This document shows positions 36,836-46,587 of a stretch of 64,000 bases of DNA, in pieces (positions within the stretch are counted from its first letter, which is position 1; every line of letters starts with the position of its first letter). This stretch comes from Yuukianura sp. NJ FZ-2021 (Eukaryota), in assembly GCA_046563655.1 (NCBI GenBank), contig CM102283.1, forward strand, positions 4,402,001-4,466,000. The letters run 5' to 3'. A program made the translations under genes and the position numbers. The notes beneath the pieces are model-generated. The model ran no database searches. It was not told the origin of the DNA and saw nothing but the letters and a program-made list of their open reading frames with translations.

Positions 36836-38888
36836 TTATTTTCTTGCAAGGTTCGAAGATTTCGAAGAATGTTTTTCATACTTATCCCGACATTTTTTGA
36901 AGTAATGGGGATATTGTTTTTCGAGTATTTGTCTTCTGTGTTTCCTTTCTTTTTGGAAGGAAAGAGACATGCGAATTTCTGGAGTGTTGTTCGGACACTG
37001 TCGGCGAACATGATCAGATTTGAAGCAAATAAAGCAGCATGGGGGAATAAATTGATGCTGAGTTGGAAGTTGATTTTGAGGATTTTCAATAATTTCAATG
37101 TCAGGGGAATTTGGAACCGAATTTTCAATTGGTTGATTTTCTGATTGGTTAGGAGTTTCAGGAATTTCCATGATTTCGATTTCTGGAGTTTCTGGTTGGT
37201 TTGGAGTTTCCGGAATTTCCATGATTTCAATTTCCGGTTGATTTTGGATTTGTTCGATTTGCTTTCTTGCAATTTCGATGATTTCTTCCCATTCGATTTC
37301 GAGTTCGATTTCATCGTCTTCTTCCGTTTGAGTTTCTTTCTCTGCAATTTTTGGTGATAATGGCGTAATCTGGCATGCAATCTCGGAAGCAGCAATTTTT
37401 GAGTCATCAGTTTGAGTTGATGCTGTAGAGATTGGGCGTAAAAATGTATTTATGTCTTCATCAGAATCATGAAGGGAAATTTCGTCATCCCATGAGTTTG
37501 TTGACATTGTGTCGATTTCTTGAACGATTCTCTGTTCGTTTTGATTAAGTTGAATTTGGATTGGTTTTGGGGGTTGACTTTTTTGAATTTGAGTTGCATT
37601 TGACGTTGTTGTTGATTCGTCCCAGTCATCGTCTGGAAGTGGTTTTGCTCGAGTTGATTTTTGATCGGAATTTGGAGGTATGACAATGTAAGAATCGGGT
37701 TTGTCTGGATTTCGTTTGACAATTCCTCGGTCAAGAATTGGAAAGTCTTTGATTGTGTTGTAGGCAGGAAACATGAACTTATTTCGGAAGTATCGGTCAG
37801 TCTTGCCAATTGGAGTGACTTTTAATAAATCTTGCGGTTTGGAAATCTTTGTTGTGTTCAATGTTATGTTGATCAGTCTTTTTGATTCGCAAATGCATGG
37901 AGGTGGAATGTCGACTTCTTGAGCAAGTTTATCACGAAGATTAAACAATTCTGTGAGCAATGTTTTTTCGTTTGGAGTTGGACTTGACATTTGAATAATT
38001 AGTGAAGTTACATCTTCTGTTTTGGGTTTTGCATGATCAGGAAGTGTTTTTTCTCTGGAATGGTAAGTGCCGAACCAACCTTCAGATTTTAGTTTATAAG
38101 TGTCTTCTGATCCGTATCTCATTTTAATGCGATTCCAAATCTTGATTAAGAAGTGAGTGTCGGATCTAGCGTATTCTTGAAGTTCTTTTGGTAATGGTCG
38201 TTGAGTCCAATCAGCTCTTGTGTATTCTTTGTTTAAGTTGACACCAGGAACGTATTCGTTGACGATAGTTTGAAGTGAGTGTTTAGTTTTATTTTTAAGT
38301 TCAGGATCTTTATAATTTCCCGTCATAAAGTAGTACGCACGCTGAATGTCGACGATTGGAAATGGAAAAATGTGGTAATAGAGCTGGAGTTTGGCAACAT
38401 ATTGGCTTGCATCGTGAAAAAGTTTCAGGGTTTTCTCAGATTGAAAAATTTCGGATAATTCTTGAATTCTGTGTCCAAATTGAAAAGGACAAATGAGATA
38501 ATCATTTTTCTGAGTTGAAATTTGAAGTAATGCTGGGTAAGTTGATCCAAAATACGAATGATCTCGAGATGGTGAGAATTCCAAGTCGATTGCAATTTCT
38601 GTTGAACCTTCAAGGTCGTTTTTCATACTTTCAAAGTCGTTATCGCAACATGATTAATGGAGTTGTAGATCGAGTGTCATCAGTACTTGCATCAAAATTT
38701 GGTAACGTTTTGGGTGGACAGAGATTGAAGTCACGAATCAAGTTGTGATTTGGGTTTGAAGTAAATTTGAATCCTTTCTTGTTTCTTTCCCAAACCCATT
38801 TTTGAAATTGGAAATACTTTGAATTTTCCATTGGACGTTTGGCTGGATAATTTACCGGCTTCACGGTAGTGTTCATTGGAGAAGGCAT
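36836..38888 (-). CDS. ORF3 of nested element: RRP6/EXOSC10-like DEDDy 3'-5' exonuclease + HRDC + acidic repeats + CCHC knuckle (one frameshift near 38640)
   Basis: EIAIDLEF..SY.G...LLQISTQKNDYLI, KLFHDA, KHSLQTIV, ADWTQRPLPKELQEYARSDTHFLIKIW; HRDC-like LLTELFNLRDKLAQEVDIPP; CFICFKSDHVRRQC. Confidence 0.85.
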
Positions 38889-38963
38889 TCTGTAATATAA
38901 AAAGAAATATTACATTTTAGTTGAATTATTAATTTTTAGTATTTTGCAAGCGTCATGCAAGCT

Positions 38964-41900
38964 TTATGTAGTTAGTATAGAACCATCACGGTGTGTTTCT
39001 AAATTTTTCTTTGTTTCCATAATAATTTCGTCGCACGATTCTAAATAATCGTTGAAGTTTAATAATTTATCCCATTCGGATTCAGTGATTATAGCAATAG
39101 TTTTAGAACGAAAACCTGCTAATTCGCGATAATTTACTTTTTGTCTGTCTCGTAGATTTCTACGTGAAGGTTCTGCTGTTTCATTAACAGCTTTTGGTTG
39201 ATTAATTGAATTTGAATTGTTTTTTGGTTGTTCAGTAACGTTTTTATTTTTTGTTTCTCTTTGAACAAAAGGTTTTATTTGAGACACATGTCTTTTACCA
39301 ATAGATTTTTTGTCTTCGATTTGTAATATGTCAAAGGTTACATTCGATGTTCTTTCACGTAGTACATAGGGTCCTTGCCATCTAGGTGCTAGTTTTGCCA
39401 TGAATCCTGCGTCCTTGTCCGACAGGAAGTGAGATTTAATGAGGACTAATTCTCCTGTTTTAAAATTGTCTTGACGGTGAGTTCTGTCGTAATTTATTTT
39501 AGATTTCTGATGTGCGCTGTTTATATTTTCTCTGACAAAATGAATCATTTCTTGTAGTAGCTCTGGTAACTTTTTTAGTTGTTCAACATCATTTTCGGAA
39601 TTTTCCGTTTCTGTTTCTAGTTTTCGATCAAATGGTAGTTTAATTTCTCTGCCAAGGTTAAGTAGTGAAGGTGAGACTTGAGTTGTTTCGTTTATGACAG
39701 TTCGAAGTGCTAATGCAAATTTCTGTATGTGTTCATCCCATTTGTGGTGACTTGATTCAATGTAGATTTGGAGCATCGTTTTAATGTTTCTATTTGTTCT
39801 TTCTGATTGATTCGGTTGAGGGTGATAAGCTGCGATGAATTTGTGTTCGATACCCCATTTTTCACATAATGCGCCAATGACATTGCCGTCAAATTGTCTA
39901 GCGTTGTCTGAAAGGATTTTCTTTGGAACGCCGAATCTGCAAAATATTTGATTTTCGATAATGTTTTTTCTGCCGTAGCGTCTTTAATTGGGAATAATTC
40001 TACCCATTTGGACAATTCGTCAATGACGACAAGTAAATATTTATGTTGACTTCCGCCAATGCTTGTGGGAAATGGTCCCATGTAATCCACATGTAAAGTT
40101 GAAAATACTGAAGTAGCTGGTTTTGCTAACTGTAAAAGGCCATAAGGCTTTTGATTTGTTGGTTTTGATGCTTGACATTTTGGGCAGGACTTTACATAGT
40201 CTGTAATTTCTTTATTCATGTTGTTCCAATAACATCTTTGCTTGATTCTTTCAATTGTTTTCTTTCTTCCGAAGTGTCCGGCTTCGGGTGCATCATGAAA
40301 TATTTGGAGAATTTTTTGTTTTAAACTTTCTGGAATAACTGGAAAATAGTAATCTTCTAGATTTTTTATTAACTCATCAGAGTGTTTTTTTTGTAAATAA
40401 ACCATCAAGGTGGATTTCTTCTGTAGTATTAGTTTCTTGAGATTTTTGAAAATGAGGACATTGTTTTGTAGTACAAATTGGAATTTGACAATCAGGTGTA
40501 TACGGGCCTGTTGTCTTTTGGAGAATTGATTTTAATTTTTGATTTGTAGTAGTGACTTTAAATGGTGAGATTTTGATGAATAAGGTGTTATTTTTCATCT
40601 GGTACTTCTTGGAGTTCCCGGGCCCTGGGTTCTCAGAAGAGTTTAATGTAGTAATGATTTTGGTAAGAATTGGATCTTTTTGTTGCTCCTGGGCTATCTC
40701 CATCAAGGATGGTGTGCAGTACACAAGGAGAAATTTTGGAAGGTGGAGCTTTTCCCTTTCTTGAAATAAATCAGGATCATCTTCATTTTCAGGAACACTT
40801 GCCCGCGATAACGCGTCCGCTACCACGTTCTCGGAACCTTTTCGAAACCGTAGTTTCGCATTCCATGATGTAATTTCAATTGCCCATTGGATTAATTTGG
40901 GTTTTTTGTTTTTCATGCCTTTTAAATATCGGACTGCTCGGTTGTCCGTTTCAATAATGAAGGGGTGATCTTCAATAAATTCACGGAATTTGTCGTAAGC
41001 GAAAATGATTGCGTAGAGTTCTTTTTCGTAGATATGAGCTGAACGTTCCGAATTTTTGAGAGTCTTGCTGACAAACATAATGGGTCGTTCTTTCCCATCA
41101 TATTCTTGCACAAGTGCTGCTCCTAAACCGTTGGTTGAGGCGTCGCACTGCATGATTAATGGTTTTGAATAGTCGATAGTTGTGAGTATGACGTCTGCAC
41201 AGATGGCTGCTTTTAAATCTTCAAATGATTTTTGTTGCGGAGGGTCCCATCTCCATACATTTTCTTTTCGTAATAAGTGGTAGAGGGCTTCCGCTTTTTG
41301 ACTAAAGTTGGAAATAAAAGTCGAGTACCATCCGCAGAGACCTAGGAATCGGTAGAGGTCGGATTTGTTTTGTGGAATTGCGTAATTTTTAATTGCGATC
41401 ATCTTGTGTGGTTCTTTTTGAATACCATTTTTGGAAGCGATGTGACCTAAGTATCCAACATAGGGTTTTGCAAAAGTCGATTTATATTTGTTGATTGTTA
41501 GATTGGCTTCCTTTAGTCTTTGGAGGACTAATTTAAGGTGAATAAGATGCTGTTACATGTTTTCTGAGTAAATAAGTATGTCATCCATAAAAATTTTGAC
41601 GAAAACGTCCACATATCCATGTAAAACGTTTCGCATTAATGATTGGAAAGTTTTTGGTGCATTTTTGAGTCCCATAGCCATAACTTTAAATTCGTAGTGA
41701 CCGTCTTGAGTAATGAATGCTGTTTTGTGAATGCTGTTCTCGTGCATTGGAATTTGGAAAAACCCGCCGTTCATGTCGATAACAGAGTAAACGTGATTCA
41801 TGGGAATTGTACGTAGAATTGAATTGACATTGTCCATTGGACCTGCGTTAGTTTTCATTGTTTCATTTAGTCTCATGTAGTTGACACAAAGGCGATAAGA

Positions 41901-43545
41901 GCCTGATTTCTTTTTGACCATTACGACAGGAGCTGCGTAAGGTGAAGTTGATGGTCGGATCATGTCTTTTTTCTGTAGTTGTTCAATTTCGTGATTTAAG
42001 ATTTTTCGAATATTTGGAGAATAGGAATATGGTCTGAGAGCAATTGGTGGACCAATTGTCTCAATTTCATGGCGAGCGCAGTTTGTTCTGCCGTATTCGT
42101 TGTCATTAGTCTTTCACGGCTCCTGCTTTTACCGGGAGCAGGAGCCGGAGCCGAGTATGCTAGGTAGGAGCCGGAGCCGGAGCGTGAGCGGAGCCAAAAT
42201 TTGCTCCAAATCATTGAGGAGCAGGAGCTGGAGCCGGAGTGAGCCGTGAGCTCAGGTCCGGAGCGGCTCCTCTCCTTTAAAGCTTTCTTTGCTTTTACTG
42301 TCGAGTAGGGTTTTCAAAAACTCTTAAAAATTCTAGGTCTGCTTGTAATATGAATTTATAAATAAAACAACAATAATTATTTCACTAACTTGTACAGTTA
42401 AAACCGATTTTTGAAATAATTTTTAATCATCCTTTTTTGCTTCATTGATTGTCTGCGATTTTTACTCTATTACTTTACTGTAGTCATTAATTTATAATTT
42501 GGGAATGACTTGTGCCTAAATTTTCGTTTTGTAAATAGCTTTTTCTGTTTCTCCTACGGTTTATTAACTAAATTTTGAACGTTATTTTTGGAACAAACTG
42601 GGAGCGCAAGTGAAACACCCATAGTTGTTGAAATTGTAATATTCTAGCTTTTGAACAACCATTTTATGAGAAGATTTCATCACCTAACCATTATGAATGA
42701 GAGAATCAAAGAAAGACCCCTAAAAATACTAGCGGAGTGAAAGAAATGACTCAAAAACAACATAATTTATATGAAAAAGTATGAATAAAAAGGAGCAGCT
42801 CCTACACTTCAGGAGCTCGAGCAGGAGCCGGAGTGAGCTAAAGTTTGGCTCCTGGTTTTGCCAGGAGCAGGAGCCAATAAAATAGGAGCTGCTCCTTACC
42901 GGCCGGAGCAGGAGCCAGGAGTGAGCAAAAGGAGCCGCTCCGTGAGCTTGGCTCCAGCTGGAGCCGTGAAAGACTAGTTGTCATTTCTTGCCACTTCTGG
43001 GAATTGACCAAGTAAATCGAGAATTTTCTTTTCTGTTGGGTCTACAATTGACTCTGGAGTTGGATCTTCTTTTGTGACGTTGGGACACACAGTTTTGTTT
43101 GGATTATTTTTGGAGAATTGAGTATTGAATTTGATGTTTGGTTGATTTTTGAACCAAAATTTGTCTTCGGAGACATCAATGATGATTTGATATTTGTTTA
43201 GAACGTCGTTTCCAATTATTAATTGAAATGGTAACTGTTCCATGACGTAGGCTGTAGTGTGGAGAACGTTTTCTCCAAACTTAATTTGTAGTTGAATTGT
43301 GCCAATTGGTTGAATTGTTGAATTGTTTGCAATAAGGAATGATTTTTCCTTGCATTGATCGAAGATTTTTTGAATTTTCTTTGCCAATTGGATGTCGATG
43401 ATAGTGTAATCACTGCCAGTATCAAAAAGTGCTCGAATTTGAGATGATTCTGTTTGATTTGATGTAGTTGCGCAGTCAGGATCATTAAATTTTAGAATTG
43501 GGAGGAGATAAGATTGCGCTTTCTTATCCTCCGTAATTAGTTTAA
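38964..43545 (-). pseudogene. pol: Pol of nested element (PR, RT, RNase H, integrase), broken by a MITE, a nonsense codon and frameshifts
   Basis: RALFDTGS, SPYAAPVVMVKKK, FMDD, QCDAS, HDAPEAGHFG...CPKC, LHVDYMGP and WQGPY. Premature TAA at 41553. Confidence 0.93.
42107..42976. mobile_element. hAT-like MITE within nested pol
   Basis: 17-bp TIRs TAGTCTTTCACGGCTCC, 8-bp TSD GTTGTCAT (42099-106 and 42977-84) and subterminal GGAGC repeats. Removal restores ARNDNEYGRTNCARHEIET. Confidence 0.93.
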
Positions 43546-43546
43546 A
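43504..43546 (-). promoter_or_regulatory. -1 programmed ribosomal frameshift signal at the gag-pol junction
   Basis: Slippery T TTA AAC at the gag stop, 7-nt spacer, then stem GGAGGATAAGA...TCTTATCTCC. The -1 frame is open into protease FDTGS. Confidence 0.85.
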
Positions 43547-45222
43547 TTTTGATTGTCTTGAAATTGAGGTTGCTCATTTGAGCTTGAACTTTGAACAAAG
43601 TCGGGATCATTCTGAGTACACAGAACTAATCCTTGTTTTGTAGGACAATCCTTTGCGCTGTGACCATAGCCAAGGCATTTTGTGCATTTTTGAGAATTTC
43701 CTGGATCTTGTTGGTTGTGATTTTGATTTTGGTTTTGTTGTCCTTGACCTTCGAGGTAAGGTTGTTGATAGTATTCTTGGTAATTTCGTCTGCCATTTCG
43801 TCCGCCGTAACCACGGTAAGGACGACGATTTGGGTTGTATCCTCTGTAGGAATTGTTGTAGCTTCGACGATTGTTTCCACGGTAACCTCTTCCGCGGTAG
43901 TTTGTGTAACCACGTCCACGGTAATTGTTACGGGGGCGATAGCCTCTGTTGTTGTAGTTGTTGTATTCCCTTCTAGGTGGGTTCCCTTCTTGGGCGTTAT
44001 TTTCTGGATTTTGTTCATTTTGTTGATTTTGTGGATTTTGTTGTGAATTTGAATTGTAAAATGTTGAAGTCCCTGGATTCTGAGGGTTTGACCTTTCAGA
44101 GTTTCCTCTTCTGTTGTAATAATTGCCTCTGGGTGCTCCGCGATTGGAGTTTTGATGATAGTTTTGAGAATGAGAGTTAGTTTGGAGTGACAGTGCGACT
44201 AATGGTGGTAGTGCATCATAGATGTTGTTTTTCTTGTCTTCCGCTGTCAAATTTTCATGAATTTTCTTAATTGCTCTGAACATATCTGCTGGATCTGAGA
44301 ATTCTCGTTCTCCCAATTGTGTACGAATTCGGGGAAATAAGGATGATTGTACACGTTGAAGTGATTCGGAAGTAGTGTCGTTTGGATAACAGAGTTTGGC
44401 AAGACGCAATGTTTCGTAAATGTACGTTTCAGTTGGATCTTTGTATCCTTGCATTTTATTTGCAAAAAATTTCATTCTTTTCTGTTGTTCTTCTTTCCCG
44501 TCGAATCTCTCCATGAATACTTTTTTAAATTGATCCCAAGATTGAGATTGGGAATGAGTATGTTGCCACCACGCATGACATTTTTCGGGAAGTACCGTTT
44601 TTACGAGGTATAGCCATTGGGGAGCGGCGTATCCTTGACTGACGAAATAACGTTCAACGTCTTTCAAAAAGGATGCTGCTGTGTGACGTCTGGCGTGAAA
44701 TTTTGGCAATGGAATTTGTGAGTTGACTGTAGTTAAGCGAATGTTCTTAATTGCTTCGACGATCGTTTCGGAAATGTTGTTTGAACTCGATTGAACTTTT
44801 GGAGTTGTTTGGGTTTCATTTTGAGTGACGCTAGATGGCACTGGTACAATGGCTCGTTGAGATGTTGAAGATTGATTTGAAAGTAGTGTAAATTGTGGAA
44901 CTTCTTTTTGTTGCTCTATTTTTTGTTGCTCAATTAGCTGCATGATTTGTTGTTCCTGTTCGGCCTCTCGTAGTGCTTTTTGTTGATCTCTGATTTTGAA
45001 TGATTCTTGGATGACCGTTGACATTAGTTGTGTCAAATACTGAAGCTGGTCATCAGAAAATGGGTTGACGGAGGTTGACTCGTTCATTGTTTGATTTAAT
45101 TCCCGTTGACTTTGAGTTTGAGATGATGTGGAAGGAATTCCTTCAAAAAATTCCGGTAAGATTCCGTTGCCTTTGGAATCTTCATCTTGATCGGCCATTT
45201 TGTTTGCCGAAATTCCCTTCAA
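43537..45222 (-). CDS. gag: Gag of nested element
   Basis: 561-aa ORF with capsid-like LPKF...FLKDVERYF...SWDQFKKVFMERF, an RG/N-rich region and knuckle CTKCLGYGHSAKDC. Confidence 0.93.
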   Translation of the reverse strand: MKGISANKMADQDEDSKGNGILPEFFEGIPSTSSQTQSQRELNQTMNESTSVNPFSDDQLQYLTQLMSTVIQESFKIRDQQKALREAEQEQQIMQLIEQQKIEQQKEVPQFTLLSNQSSTSQRAIVPVPSSVTQNETQTTPKVQSSSNNISETIVEAIKNIRLTTVNSQIPLPKFHARRHTAASFLKDVERYFVSQGYAAPQWLYLVKTVLPEKCHAWWQHTHSQSQSWDQFKKVFMERFDGKEEQQKRMKFFANKMQGYKDPTETYIYETLRLAKLCYPNDTTSESLQRVQSSLFPRIRTQLGEREFSDPADMFRAIKKIHENLTAEDKKNNIYDALPPLVALSLQTNSHSQNYHQNSNRGAPRGNYYNRRGNSERSNPQNPGTSTFYNSNSQQNPQNQQNEQNPENNAQEGNPPRREYNNYNNRGYRPRNNYRGRGYTNYRGRGYRGNNRRSYNNSYRGYNPNRRPYRGYGGRNGRRNYQEYYQQPYLEGQGQQNQNQNHNQQDPGNSQKCTKCLGYGHSAKDCPTKQGLVLCTQNDPDFVQSSSSNEQPQFQDNQNLN

Positions 45223-46364
45223 GGGCGTTTACCTTCAAGGTGGGTTTTACCTTCGAGGTGGGTTTTACCTTCAAGGTTGGTTTTACTTTAATTTCACTTT
45301 AATTGTACTTTATACTTGTATTTTGTATCAATTTGATTTTTACTGATTTTAATTGTGTTTGACAAAAGGAATTCAGAAATGAAGTGTTGTTCTTTGGTTT
45401 TGTACTTGTTGATTTAAATTGATTTGATTTTGAAATTCCCGTTATTCCGCAGACTGAATTTTGTATTTTAATTTTTGAGGTAAATTCTTAATTTTTCTCC
45501 CTTGAAGATATTCTTTCTTTTAATTATAATTGACTCTGCAATTTGTACACTCTTTTTCGACCCAACTGTGCCTATGCACTAATTCTTCTATCTCAATTTT
45601 AACCATTTAACTAAGTTATACTCACTAATTTCTTCTTAAAACTTAAACGAGCTGCAGGAATGTAATTGATAGGGCATTGGCCAAGATCAAATAAACTGAT
45701 TGATTGATTGATTGATTAATTTTTTGTTAATTTGAATTTATTTGTGCGTTAACTTTCAATAGTTGACGTTATTTCCCATCGAGGGATTATTTGTATGTTT
45801 GTAAGTTAACCTTTCGGCCGTTGACATTTCTTCCCATCAAGGGATTTGCCTGTACAAGGCATTTTTTAGAAGAAAAAGTTTTGCGCAGAGACCATCGAGG
45901 TCGTTACCATCAAGGTGTAAGCAAAAGAAGCTGGAAGGATTTGTTTGTTTATGTGCTGATGCTGTATTCCGTTATGTTTGGTAAAGTGCACTGGATGCAG
46001 TTGAAAGAAAAAGATAATTGGATATGGTAATCTGCTAATACGAATGTCTTTACTTTAAGCTCCTCTTTTTTTTTTCCCCTTCTATTGCTGACTCATGTAG
46101 TCAGCCATTTTGAAAATTTTTATAAAACGTTAAGTTTTAGCCTTTTTTTTAGAAAATCGGGCATGACCCGTGTACGGAAACGTTAATGTGACCTGGAAAC
46201 CACCTAATCTAATGAAAACAGCGAGGCAAAGCACAATTCGGTTGCTGTTTAATGTGTTAGGGGTACCTTATTCTTTTGTTTTTGAAGTTGTCCTTCCTCG
46301 GTGTTTTTTCGGATCTTCGGATCGGAGGAATCCAGACTCGTCCTGAGTCACTGTTGTCGCCAGG

Positions 46365-46587
46365 TGAAGCGGAAACGGGTGTGGATGTCTCTCTGGTGGC
46401 TGCTCGGTGGAGCCGAGGTCAGCCGGATGCAAGGTCAATGAGTGAACGGAAGACACACAAGAAGAGCTTGTCGCTCGAATAGAGGCTGTATTGAGACTAA
46501 TCTCCCTACTCATACATCTCTAGAAATCTGTGTCTTAGCTATAGTAACCTAAGGGGGATAGCTAGGGGTGTGGTATCTACCGCTACA
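46365..46587 (-). repeat. 5' LTR of nested element
   Basis: Starts TGTAGCGG at 46587, ends TTCA at 46365 and is followed by the PBS. Confidence 0.9.

Larger units (their letters stand above)
36372..46587 (-). mobile_element. Nested Ty3/Gypsy LTR retrotransposon carrying an RRP6-like exonuclease ORF
   Basis: TG..CA LTRs at 36372-36591 and 46365-46587, 4-bp TSD AGGG (36368-71 and 46588-91) and PBS TGGCGACAAC next to 46362. Inserted between the protease and RT of the outer element. Confidence 0.94.
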
